Of a stretch of 64,000 nt of DNA, positions 30,901 to 45,300 are shown piece by piece; the first letter of the stretch is position 1; every line of letters begins with the position of its first letter. Source of the stretch: the human T2T-CHM13v2.0 reference genome, Homo sapiens; the NCBI RefSeq assembly GCF_009914755.1, contig NC_060939.1. The stretch is one strand, 5' to 3'. The notes below the pieces were generated by a model. It saw only the letters and a list, made by a program, of their open reading frames with translations. It was not told where the DNA came from and searched no databases. A program made the position numbers and the translations under genes.

Positions 30901-33900
30901 CCATTCCATTCGTGTCCATTCCATTCCAGTCCATTCGATTTGTGTCCACTGTATTCAATTCCACTCCATTCCATATTATTCCATTACACTCCATTCCATT
31001 CTATTACTTTCATTTCCATTCAATTCCATTCCATTTGATTCCATTCCACTCGGTTTCATTCCATTTGAGTCCACTCCATTCCATTCCATTCCATTCCATT
31101 CAGTTCCATTCCATTCTGTTCCATTCCATTCCGTTCCATTACATTCCATTCCATTCGGTACCATTCCATATTGTTCCATTCGATTCCATTCGAATCCATT
31201 CCATTCCAGTCCATTCCATTCGATTCCATTCCATTCATTTCAATTCCATTCCATTCCATTCCATTACATTCCACTTGATTCCTCTCCATTCCCTTCCACT
31301 GCATTCCGTTCGATTCCATTCCATTGCATTGCATTCCATTCCATTGGATTGCATTCCATTCGATTCCATTCCATTCGAATCAATTACATAGCAATCCATT
31401 ACATTCGAGTCTATTCTCTTCCGTTCCATTCGATTTCGTTCCAATCCATTCGATTCCATTCCATTCGATTCCATTCCATACTATTGCATTCCATTCGATT
31501 ACATTATATTCGAATAAGTTCCATTCAAGACCATTTCTTTTGAGTCCATTCTATTTGAGTCCATTCCCTTTGATTCCATAACATTTGAGTCCATTCAATT
31601 CCATTCCTTTCGTTTCCATTCCATTTGATGCCATTCCATTCAATTCTGTTCTACTCGACTCCAATACATTCAATTCCATTCCAACCGATTCCATTACATT
31701 CTTTTCATTTCTTATCCATTTCAAGCCATTCCACTCCATTCCATTCCACTCGTTTCCTTTCCATTCGAGTCCATTCCTCTCCAGTCCATTCCGTTCAATC
31801 CATTCCATTCCAGTCCATTCCATTCGATTCCGTTCCATTCCAGTCCATTCCATTCGAGTCAATTCCATTCCATTCGATGTCTTTCCATAACGATCCATTC
31901 CATTCTATTCCTTTCGATTCCATTCCATTCTATTTCATTCCATTCGATTCCCTTCCATTGGACTCCTTTGCATTCGAGTGCATTCCATTCCGTTCCATTT
32001 CTTTTCGTTCTGTACGATTCCTACCGTTCGATTTCATTTTGTTCCAGTCCATTCCTTTCGCGTCCATTCCATTCCATTTCACTCCATTCGATTCCATTCC
32101 ACTCGATTCCACTTCGTTCCATTTCATTGCATTCCATTCTATTCAACTCTATTGCCTTCCATTCCATTCCATTCGATTACATTCCATGCGATTCCATTCG
32201 AAATCGAAACAATTACATTGCAATCCATTACTATTGAGTCCGTTTTATTCCAGTCCACTGCATTGTGGTCCATTCCATTTGATTCCATTCCATTCTATTC
32301 CATTCCATACAGTTGCATTCCATTGGATTCCATTCTATATCTATAAATTCAATTCGAGACCATTGCTTTTGAGTCCATTCTATATGATTCCATTCCATTC
32401 AAGTCCATTACATTTGGTTAAATTCCATTCCATTCGGTTCAATTCCATTCCATTCCATTCCCTTCCATTCCATTCCAGTTGATATCAATCCATTCGATTC
32501 CATTCCATTCGAGCACATTCCATTCGAGTCCATTCCATTCGATGCCATTCCATTTGATTCTATTCCATTAGTCTCCATTCAATTCCATTAATCTCCATTC
32601 CATTCCATTCTACTCCAACTGATTCCATTCCATTCTATTCCTTTCCATTCCATTTCATTCCATTCCATTCCATTCCATTCGTGTCCATTCCACTCCAGTC
32701 CATTCCATTCGTATCCATTCCATTCCAGTCCATTCCATTTGTGTCCACTGCATTCCATTCCACTCCATTCCATATTATTCCATTACACTCCATTCCATTC
32801 TATTACTTTCATTTCCATTCAATTCCATTCCATTTGATTCCATTCCACTCGGTTTCATTCCATTTGAGTCCACTCCATTCCATTCCATTCCATTCAGTTC
32901 CATTCCATTCTGTTCCATTCCATTCCGTTCCATTACATTCCATTCCATTCGGTACCATTCCATATTGTTCCATTCGATTCCATTCGAATCCATTCCATTC
33001 CAGTCCATTCCATTCGATTCCATTCCATTCATTTCAATTCCATTCCATTCCATTCCATTCCATTCCACTTGATTCCTCTCCATTCCCTTCCACTGCATTC
33101 CGTTCGATTCCATTCCATTGCATTGCATTCCATTCCATTGGATTGCATTCCATTCGATTCCATTCCATTCGAATCAATTACATAGCAATCCATTACATTC
33201 GAGTCTATTCTCTTCCGTTCCATTCGATTTCGTTCCAATCCATTCGATTCCATTTCATTCGATTCCATTCCATACTATTGCATTCCATTCGATTACATTA
33301 TATTCGAATAAGTTCCATTCAAGACCATTTCTTTTGAGTCCATTCTATTTGAGTCCATTCCCTTTGATTCCATAACATTTGAGTCCATTCAATTCCATTC
33401 CTTTCGTTTCCATTCCATTTGATGCCATTCCATTCATTTCTGTTCTACTCGACTCCAATACATTCAATTCCATTCCATCCGATTCCATTACATTCTTTTC
33501 ATTTCTCATCCATTTCAAGCCATTCCACTCCATTCCATTCCACTCGTTTCCTTTCCATTCGAGTCCATTCCTCTCCAGTCCATTCCGTTCAATCCATTCC
33601 ATTCCAGTCCATTCCATTCGAGTCCGTTCCATTCCAGTCCATTCCATTCGAGTCAATTCCATTCCATTCGATGTCTTTCCATAACGATCCATTCCATTCT
33701 ATTCCTTTCGATTCCATTCCATTCTATTTCATTCCATTCGATTCCCTTCCATTGGACTCCTTTCCATTCGAGTGCATTCCATTCCGTTCCATTTCTTTCC
33801 GTTCTGTACGATTCCTACCGTTCGATTTCATTTTGTTCCAGTCCATTCCTTTCGCGTCCATTCCATTCCATTTCACTCCATTCGATTCCATTCCACTCGA

Positions 33901-36900
33901 TTCCACTTCGTTCCATTTCATTGCATTCCATTCTATTCAACTCTATTGCCTTCCATTCCATTCCATTCGATTACATTCCATGCGATTCCATTCGAAATCG
34001 AATCAATTACATTGCAATCCATTACTATTGAGTCCGTTTTATTCCAGTCCACTGCATTGTGGTCCATTCCATTTGATTCCATTCCATTCTATTCCATTCC
34101 ATACAGTTGCATTCCATTGGATTCCATGCTATATCTATAAATTCAATTCGAGACCATTGCTTTTGAGTCCATTCTATATGATTCCATTCCATTCAAGTCC
34201 ATTACATTTGGTTAAATTCCATTCCATTCGGTTCAATTCCATTCCATTCCATTCCCTTGCATTCCATTCCAGTTGATATCAATCCATTCGATTCCATTCC
34301 ATTCGAGCACATTCCATTCGATGCCATTCCATTTGATTCTATTCCATTAGTCTCCATTCAATTCTATTAATCTCCATTCCATTCCATTCTACTCCAACTG
34401 ATTCCATTCCATTCTATTCCATTCCATTCCATTTCATTCCATTCCATTCCATTTCATTCCATTCCATTCCATTCGTGTCCATTCCACTGCAGTCCATTCC
34501 ATTCGTGTCCATTCCATTCCAGTCCATTCGATTTGTGTCCACTGCATTCAATTCCACTCCATTCCATATTATTCCATTACACTCCATTCCATTCTATTAC
34601 TTTCATTTCCATTCAATTCCATTCCATTTGATTCCATTCCACTCGGTTTCATTCCATTTGAGTCCACTCCATTCCATTCCATTCCATTCCATTCAGTTCC
34701 ATTCCATTCTGTTCCATTCCATTCCGTTCCATTACATTCCATTCCATTCGGTACCATTCCATATTGTTCCATTCGATTCCATTCGAATCCATTCCATTCC
34801 AGTCCATTCCATTCGATTCCATTCCATTCATTTCAATTCCATTCCATTCCATTCCATTACATTCCACTTGATTCCTCTCCATTCCCTTCCACTGCATTCC
34901 GTTCGATTCCATTCCATTGCATTGCATTCCATTCCATTGGATTGCATTCCATTCGATTCCATTCCATTCGAATCAATTACATAGCAATCCATTACATTCG
35001 AGTCTATTCTCTTCCGTTCCATTCGATTTCGTTCCAATCCATTCGATTCCATTCCATTCGATTCCATTCCATACTATTGCATTCCATTCGATTACATTAT
35101 ATTCGAATAAGTTCCATTCAAGACCATTTCTTTTGAGTCCATTCTATTTGAGTCCATTCCCTTTGATTCCATAACATTTGAGTCCATTCAATTCCATTCC
35201 TTTCGTTTCCATTCCATTTGATGCCATTCCATTCAATTCTGTTCTACTCGACTCCAATACATTCAATTCCATTCCAACCGATTCCATTACATTCTTTTCA
35301 TTTCTTATCCATTTCAAGCCATTCCACTCCATTCCATTCCACTCGTTTCCTTTCCATTCGAGTCCATTCCTCTCCAGTCCATTCCGTTCAATCCATTCCA
35401 TTCCAGTCCATTCCATTCGATTCCGTTCCATTCCAGTCCATTCCATTCGAGTCAATTCCATTCCATTCGATGTCTTTCCATAACGATCCATTCCATTCTA
35501 TTCCTTTCGATTCCATTCCATTCTATTTCATTCCATTCGATTCCCTTCCATTGGACTCCTTTGCATTCGAGTGCATTCCATTCCGTTCCATTTCTTTTCG
35601 TTCTGTACGATTCCTACCGTTCGATTTCATTTTGTTCCAGTCCATTCCTTTCGCGTCCATTCCATTCCATTTCACTCCATTCGATTCCATTCCACTCGAT
35701 TCCACTTCGTTCCATTTCATTGCATTCCATTCTATTCAACTCTATTGCCTTCCATTCCATTCCATTCGATTACATTCCATGCGATTCCATTCGAAATCGA
35801 AACAATTACATTGCAATCCATTACTATTGAGTCCGTTTTATTCCAGTCCACTGCATTGTGGTCCATTCCATTTGATTCCATTCCATTCTATTCCATTCCA
35901 TACAGTTGCATTCCATTGGATTCCATTCTATATCTATAAATTCAATTCGAGACCATTGCTTTTGAGTCCATTCTATATGATTCCATTCCATTCAAGTCCA
36001 TTACATTTGGTTAAATTCCATTCCATTCGGTTCAATTCCATTCCATTCCATTCCCTTCCATTCCATTCCAGTTGATATCAATCCATTCGATTCCATTCCA
36101 TTCGAGCACATTCCATTCGAGTCCATTCCATTCGATGCCATTCCATTTGATTCTATTCCATTAGTCTCTATTCAATTCCATTAATCTCCATTCCATTCCA
36201 TTCTACTCCAACTGATTCCATTCCATTCTATTCCTTTCCATTCCATTTCATTCCATTCCATTCCATTCCATTCGTGTCCATTCCACTCCAGTCCATTCCA
36301 TTCGTATCCATTCCATTCCAGTCCATTCCATTTGTGTCCACTGCATTCCATTCCACTCCATTCCATATTATTCCATTACACTCCATTCCATTCTATTACT
36401 TTCATTTCCATTCAATTCCATTCCATTTGATTCCATTCCACTCGGTTTCATTCCATTTGAGTCCACTCCATTCCATTCCATTCCATTCAGTTCCATTCCA
36501 TTCTGTTCCATTCCATTCCGTTCCATTACATTCCATTCCATTCGGTACCATTCCATATTGTTCCATTCGATTCCATTCGAATCCATTCCATTCCAGTCCA
36601 TTCCATTCGATTCCATTCCATTCATTTCAATTCCATTCCATTCCATTCCATTCCATTCCACTTGATTCCTCTCCATTCCCTTCCACTGCATTCCGTTCGA
36701 TTCCATTCCATTGCATTGCATTCCATTCCATTGGATTGCATTCCATTCGATTCCATTCCATTCGAATCAATTACATAGCAATCCATTACATTCGAGTCTA
36801 TTCTCTTCCGTTCCATTCGATTTCGTTCCAATCCATTCGATTCCATTTCATTCGATTCCATTCCATACTATTGCATTCCATTCGATTACATTATATTCGA

Positions 36901-39900
36901 ATAAGTTCCATTCAAGACCATTTCTTTTGAGTCCATTCTATTTGAGTCCATTCCCTTTGATTCCATAACATTTGAGTCCATTCAATTCCATTCCTTTCGT
37001 TTCCATTCCATTTGATGCCATTCCATTCATTTCTGTTCTACTCGACTCCAATACATTCAATTCCATTCCATCCGATTCCATTACATTCTTTTCATTTCTC
37101 ATCCATTTCAAGCCATTCCACTCCATTCCATTCCACTCGTTTCCTTTCCATTCGAGTCCATTCCTCTCCAGTCCATTCCGTTCAATCCATTCCATTCCAG
37201 TCCATTCCATTCGAGTCCGTTCCATTCCAGTCCATTCCATTCGAGTCAATTCCATTCCATTCGATGTCTTTCCATAACGATCCATTCCATTCTATTCCTT
37301 TCGATTCCATTCCATTCTATTTCATTCCATTCGATTCCCTTCCATTGGACTCCTTTCCATTCGAGTGCATTCCATTCCGTTCCATTTCTTTCCGTTCTGT
37401 ACGATTCCTACCGTTCGATTTCATTTTGTTCCAGTCCATTCCTTTCGCGTCCATTCCATTCCATTTCACTCCATTCGATTCCATTCCACTCGATTCCACT
37501 TCGTTCCATTTCATTGCATTCCATTCTATTCAACTCTATTGCCTTCCATTCCATTCCATTCGATTACATTCCATGCGATTCCATTCGAAATCGAATCAAT
37601 TACATTGCAATCCATTACTATTGAGTCCGTTTTATTCCAGTCCACTGCATTGTGGTCCATTCCATTTGATTCCATTCCATTCTATTCCATTCCATACAGT
37701 TGCATTCCATTGGATTCCATGCTATATCTATAAATTCAATTCGAGACCATTGCTTTTGAGTCCATTCTATATGATTCCATTCCATTCAAGTCCATTACAT
37801 TTGGTTAAATTCCATTCCATTCGGTTCAATTCCATTCCATTCCATTCCCTTGCATTCCATTCCAGTTGATATCAATCCATTCGATTCCATTCCATTCGAG
37901 CACATTCCATTCGATGCCATTCCATTTGATTCTATTCCATTAGTCTCCATTCAATTCTATTAATCTCCATTCCATTCCATTCTACTCCAACTGATTCCAT
38001 TCCATTCTATTCCATTCCATTCCATTTCATTCCATTCCATTCCATTTCATTCCATTCCATTCCATTCGTGTCCATTCCACTGCAGTCCATTCCATTCGTG
38101 TCCATTCCATTCCAGTCCATTCGATTTGTGTCCACTGCATTCAATTCCACTCCATTCCATATTATTCCATTACACTCCATTCCATTCTATTACTTTCATT
38201 TCCATTCAATTCCATTCCATTTGATTCCATTCCACTCGGTTTCATTCCATTTGAGTCCACTCCATTCCATTCCATTCCATTCCATTCAGTTCCATTCCAT
38301 TCTGTTCCATTCCATTCCGTTCCATTACATTCCATTCCATTCGGTACCATTCCATATTGTTCCATTCGATTCCATTCGAATCCATTCCATTCCAGTCCAT
38401 TCCATTCGATTCCATTCCATTCATTTCAATTCCATTCCATTCCATTCCATTACATTCCACTTGATTCCTCTCCATTCCCTTCCACTGCATTCCGTTCGAT
38501 TCCATTCCATTGCATTGCATTCCATTCCATTGGATTGCATTCCATTCGATTCCATTCCATTCGAATCAATTACATAGCAATCCATTACATTCGAGTCTAT
38601 TCTCTTCCGTTCCATTCGATTTCGTTCCAATCCATTCGATTCCATTCCATTCGATTCCATTCCATACTATTGCATTCCATTCGATTACATTATATTCGAA
38701 TAAGTTCCATTCAAGACCATTTCTTTTGAGTCCATTCTATTTGAGTCCATTCCCTTTGATTCCATAACATTTGAGTCCATTCAATTCCATTCCTTTCGTT
38801 TCCATTCCATTTGATGCCATTCCATTCAATTCTGTTCTACTCGACTCCAATACATTCAATTCCATTCCAACCGATTCCATTACATTCTTTTCATTTCTTA
38901 TCCATTTCAAGCCATTCCACTCCATTCCATTCCACTCGTTTCCTTTCCATTCGAGTCCATTCCTCTCCAGTCCATTCCGTTCAATCCATTCCATTCCAGT
39001 CCATTCCATTCGATTCCGTTCCATTCCAGTCCATTCCATTCGAGTCAATTCCATTCCATTCGATGTCTTTCCATAACGATCCATTCCATTCTATTCCTTT
39101 CGATTCCATTCCATTCTATTTCATTCCATTCGATTCCCTTCCATTGGACTCCTTTGCATTCGAGTGCATTCCATTCCGTTCCATTTCTTTTCGTTCTGTA
39201 CGATTCCTACCGTTCGATTTCATTTTGTTCCAGTCCATTCCTTTCGCGTCCATTCCATTCCATTTCACTCCATTCGATTCCATTCCACTCGATTCCACTT
39301 CGTTCCATTTCATTGCATTCCATTCTATTCAACTCTATTGCCTTCCATTCCATTCCATTCGATTACATTCCATGCGATTCCATTCGAAATCGAAACAATT
39401 ACATTGCAATCCATTACTATTGAGTCCGTTTTATTCCAGTCCACTGCATTGTGGTCCATTCCATTTGATTCCATTCCATTCTATTCCATTCCATACAGTT
39501 GCATTCCATTGGATTCCATTCTATATCTATAAATTCAATTCGAGACCATTGCTTTTGAGTCCATTCTATATGATTCCATTCCATTCAAGTCCATTACATT
39601 TGGTTAAATTCCATTCCATTCGGTTCAATTCCATTCCATTCCATTCCCTTCCATTCCATTCCAGTTGATATCAATCCATTCGATTCCATTCCATTCGAGC
39701 ACATTCCATTCGAGTCCATTCCATTCGATGCCATTCCATTTGATTCTATTCCATTAGTCTCTATTCAATTCCATTAATCTCCATTCCATTCCATTCTACT
39801 CCAACTGATTCCATTCCATTCTATTCCTTTCCATTCCATTTCATTCCATTCCATTCCATTCCATTCGTGTCCATTCCACTCCAGTCCATTCCATTCGTAT

Positions 39901-42363
39901 CCATTCCATTCCAGTCCATTCCATTTGTGTCCACTGCATTCCATTCCACTCCATTCCATATTATTCCATTACACTCCATTCCATTCTATTACTTTCATTT
40001 CCATTCAATTCCATTCCATTTGATTCCATTCCACTCGGTTTCATTCCATTTGAGTCCACTCCATTCCATTCCATTCCATTCAGTTCCATTCCATTCTGTT
40101 CCATTCCATTCCGTTCCATTACATTCCATTCCATTCGGTACCATTCCATATTGTTCCATTCGATTCCATTCGAATCCATTCCATTCCAGTCCATTCCATT
40201 CGATTCCATTCCATTCATTTCAATTCCATTCCATTCCATTCCATTCCATTCCACTTGATTCCTCTCCATTCCCTTCCACTGCATTCCGTTCGATTCCATT
40301 CCATTGCATTGCATTCCATTCCATTGGATTGCATTCCATTCGATTCCATTCCATTCGAATCAATTACATAGCAATCCATTACATTCGAGTCTATTCTCTT
40401 CCGTTCCATTCGATTTCGTTCCAATCCATTCGATTCCATTTCATTCGATTCCATTCCATACTATTGCATTCCATTCGATTACATTATATTCGAATAAGTT
40501 CCATTCAAGACCATTTCTTTTGAGTCCATTCTATTTGAGTCCATTCCCTTTGATTCCATAACATTTGAGTCCATTCAATTCCATTCCTTTCGTTTCCATT
40601 CCATTTGATGCCATTCCATTCATTTCTGTTCTACTCGACTCCAATACATTCAATTCCATTCCATCCGATTCCATTACATTCTTTTCATTTCTTATCCATT
40701 TCAAGCCATTCCACTCCATTCCATTCCACTCGTTTCCTTTCCATTCGAGTCCATTCCTCTCCAGTCCATTCCGTTCAATCCATTCCATTCCAGTCCATTC
40801 CATTCGAGTCCGTTCCATTCCAGTCCATTCCATTCGAGTCAATTCCATTCCATTCGATGTCTTTCCATAACGATCCATTCCATTCTATTCCTTTCGATTC
40901 CATTCCATTCTATTTCATTCCATTCGATTCCCTTCCATTGGACTCCTTTCCATTCGAGTGCATTCCATTCCGTTCCATTTCTTTCCGTTCTGTACGATTC
41001 CTACCGTTCGATTTCATTTTGTTCCAGTCCATTCCTTTCGCGTCCATTCCATTCCATTTCACTCCATTCGATTCCATTCCACTCGATTCCACTTCGTTCC
41101 ATTTCATTGCATTCCATTCTATTCAACTCTATTGCCTTCCATTCCATTCCATTCGATTACATTCCATGCGATTCCATTCGAAATCGAATCAATTACATTG
41201 CAATCCATTACTATTGAGTCCGTTTTATTCCAGTCCACTGCATTGTGGTCCATTCCATTTGATTCCATTCCATTCTATTCCATTCCATACAGTTGCATTC
41301 CATTGGATTCCATGCTATATCTATAAATTCAATTCGAGACCATTGCTTTTGAGTCCATTCTATATGATTCCATTCCATTCAAGTCCATTACATTTGGTTA
41401 AATTCCATTCCATTCGGTTCAATTCCATTCCATTCCATTCCCTTGCATTCCATTCCAGTTGATATCAATCCATTCGATTCCATTCCATTCGAGCACATTC
41501 CATTCGATGCCATTCCATTTGATTCTATTCCATTAGTCTCCATTCAATTCTATTAATCTCCATTCCATTCCATTCTACTCCAACTGATTCCATTCCATTC
41601 TATTCCATTCCATTCCATTTCATTCCATTCCATTCCATTTCATTCCATTCCATTCCATTCGTGTCCATTCCACTGCAGTCCATTCCATTCGTGTCCATTC
41701 CATTCCAGTCCATTCGATTTGTGTCCACTGCATTCAATTCCACTCCATTCCATATTATTCCATTACACTCCATTCCATTCTATTACTTTCATTTCCATTC
41801 AATTCCATTCCATTTGATTCCATTCCACTCGGTTTCATTCCATTTGAGTCCACTCCATTCCATTCCATTCCATTCCATTCAGTTCCATTCCATTCTGTTC
41901 CATTCCATTCCGTTCCATTACATTCCATTCCATTCGGTACCATTCCATATTGTTCCATTCGATTCCATTCGAATCCATTCCATTCCAGTCCATTCCATTC
42001 GATTCCATTCCATTCATTTCAATTCCATTCCATTCCATTCCATTACATTCCACTTGATTCCTCTCCATTCCCTTCCACTGCATTCCGTTCGATTCCATTC
42101 CATTGCATTGCATTCCATTCCATTGGATTGCATTCCATTCGATTCCATTCCATTCGAATCAATTACATAGCAATCCATTACATTCGAGTCTATTCTCTTC
42201 CGTTCCATTCGATTTCGTTCCAATCCATTCGATTCCATTCCATTCGATTCCATTCCATACTATTGCATTCCATTCGATTACATTATATTCGAATAAGTTC
42301 CATTCAAGACCATTTCTTTTGAGTCCATTCTATTTGAGTCCATTCCCTTTGATTCCATAACAT
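27992..42363 (+). repeat. 3593-bp dimeric super-repeat (A unit 1794 bp + B unit 1799 bp) in four tandem copies
   Basis: Unit lengths alternate 1794/1799 exactly. A markers: CCAACCGA, CCTTTGCATTCG, TCGAAACAATT. B markers: CATTCATTTCTG, CCCTTGCATT, a 15-bp deletion after GAGCAC, and PstI CTGCAG at 30894, 34487, 38080 and 41673 (spacing 3593). Confidence 0.93.
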
Positions 42364-45300
42364 TTGAGTCCATTCAATTCCATTCCTTTCGTTTCCATTC
42401 CATTTGATGCCATTCCATTCAATTCTGTTCTACTCGACTCCAATACATTCAATTCCATTCCATCCGATTCATTACATTCTTTTCATTTCTTATCCATTTC
42501 AAGCCATTCCACTCCATTCCATTCCACTCGTTTCCTTTCCATTCGAGTCCATTCCTCTCCAGTCCATTCCGTTCAATCCATTCCATTCCAGTCCATTCCA
42601 TTCGAGTCCGTTCCATTCCAGTCCATTCCATTCGAGTCAATTCCATTCCATTCGATGTCTTTCCATAACGATCCATTCCATTCTATTCCTTTCGATTCCA
42701 TTCCATTCTATTTCATTCCATTCTATTCCCTTCCATTGGACTCCTTTCCATTCGAGTGCATTCCATTCCGTTCCATTTCTTTCCGTTCTGTACGATTCCT
42801 ACCGTTCGATTTCATTTTGTTCCAGTCCATTCTTTCACGTCCATTCCATTCCATTTCACTCCATTCGATTCCATTCCACTCGATTCCACTTTGTTCCATT
42901 TCATTGCATTCCATTCTATTCAACTCTATTGCCTTCCATTCCATTCCATTCGATTACATTCAATGCGATTCCATTCGAAATCGAATCAATTACATTGCAA
43001 TCCATTACTATTGAGTCCGTTTTATTCCAGTCCACTGCATTCTGGTCCATTCCATTTGATTCCATTCCATTCTATTCCATTCCATAGAGTTGCATTCCAT
43101 TGGATTCCATGCTATATCTATAAACTCAATTCGAGTCCATTGCTTTTGAGTCCATTCTATATGATTCCATTCCATTCAAGTCCATTACATTTGGTTAAAT
43201 TCCATTCCATTCGGTTCAATTCCATTCCATTCCATTCCCTTCCATTCCATTCCAGTTGATATCAGTCCATTCGATTCCATTCCATTCGAGCACATTCCAT
43301 TCGAGTCCATTCCATTCGATGCCATTCCATTTGATTCTATTCCATTAGTCTCCATTCAATTCCATTAATCTCCATTCCATTCCATTCTACTCCAAATGAT
43401 TCCATTCCATTCTATTCCTTTCCATTCCATTTCATTCCATTCCATTCCATTCCATTCCATTCCATTCCATTCGTGTCCATTCCACTCCAGTCCATTCCAT
43501 TCGTATCCATTCCATTCCAGTCCATTCCATTTGTGTCCACTGCATTCCATTCCACTCCATTCCATATTATTCCATTACACTCCATTCCATTCTATTACTT
43601 TCATTTCCATTCAATTCCATTCCATTTGATTCCATTCCACTCGGTTTCATTCCATTTGAGTCCACTCCATTCCATTCCATTCCATTCAGTTCCATTCCAT
43701 TCTGTTCCATTCCATTCCGTTCCATTACATTCCATTCCATTCGGTACCATTCCATATTGTTCCATTCGATTCCATTCGAATCCATTCCATTCCAGTCCAT
43801 TCCATTCGATTCCATTCCATTCATTTCAATTCCATTCCATTCCATTCCATTACATTCCACTTGATTCCTCTCCATTCCCTTCCACTGCATTCCGTTCGAT
43901 TCCATTCCATTGCATTGCATTCCATTCCATTGGATTGCATTCCATTCGATTCCATTCCATTCGAATCAATTACGTAGCAATCCATTACATTCGAGTCTAT
44001 TCTCTTCCGTTCCATTCGATTTCGTTCCAATCCATTCGATTCCATTCCATTCGATTCCATTCCATACTATTGCATTCCATTCGATTACATTATATTCGAA
44101 TAAGTTCCATTCAAGACCATTTCTTTTGAGTCCATTCTATTTGAGTCCATTCCCTTTGATTCCATAACATTTGAGTCCATTCAATTCCATTCCTTTCGTT
44201 TCCATTCCATTTGATGCCATTCCATTCAATTCTGTTCTACTCGACTCCAATACATTCAATTCCATTCCATCCGATTCCATTACATTCTTTTCATTTCTTA
44301 TCCATTTCAAGCCATTCCACTCCATTCCATTCCACTCGTTTCCTTTCCATTCGAGTCCATTCCTCTCCAGTCCATTCCGTTCAATCCATTCCATTCCAGT
44401 CCATTCCATTCGAGTCCGTTCCATTCCAGTCCATTCCATTCGAGTCAATTCCATTCCATTCGATGTCTTTCCATAACGATCCATTCCATTCTATTCCTTT
44501 CGATTCCATTCCATTCTATTTCATTCCATTCGATTCCCTTCCATTGGACTCCTTTCCATTCGAGTGCATTCCATTCCGTTCCATTTCTTTCCGTTCTGTA
44601 CGATTCCTACCGTTCGATTTCATTTTGTTCCAGTCCATTCTTTCGCGTCCATTCCATTCCATTTCACTCCATTCGATTCCATTCCACTCGATTCCACTTC
44701 GTTCCATTTCATTGCATTCCATTCTATTCAACTCTATTGCCTTCCATTCCATTCCATTCGATTACATTCCATGCGATTCCATTCGAAATCGAATCAATTA
44801 CATTGCAATCCATTACTATTGAGTCCGTTTTATTCCAGTCCTCTGCATTCTGGTCCATTCCATTTGATTCCATTCCATTCTATTCCATTCCATACAGTTG
44901 CATTCCATTGGATTCCATGCTATATCTATAAATTCAATTCGAGACCATTGCTTTTGAGTCCATTCTATATGATTCCATTCCATTCAAGTCCATTACATTT
45001 GGTTAAATTCCATTCCATTCGGTTCAATTCCATTCCATTCCATTCCCTTCCATTCCATTCCAGTTGATATCAATCCATTCGATTCCATTCCATTCGAGCA
45101 CATTCCATTCGAGTCCATTCCATTCGATGCCATTCCATTTGATTCTATTCCATTAGTCTCCATTCAATTCCATTAATCTCCATTCCATTCCATTCTACTC
45201 CAACTGATTCCATTCCATTCTATTCCTTTCCATTCCATTTCATTCCATTCCATTCCATTCCATTCGTGTCCATTCCACTCCAGTCCATTCCATTCGTATC

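Noticed and set aside
27992-42363. Identification as Y-chromosome DYZ1 (3.6-kb HSat3) or chr1 HSat2 (1.77 kb)
   Set aside because: The 3.6-kb period is only local and is made of two nearly identical 1.8-kb units. HSat2-type GATGAT motifs are absent, and EcoRI sites are sporadic (494, ~3165, 18465, 20237) rather than one per unit.
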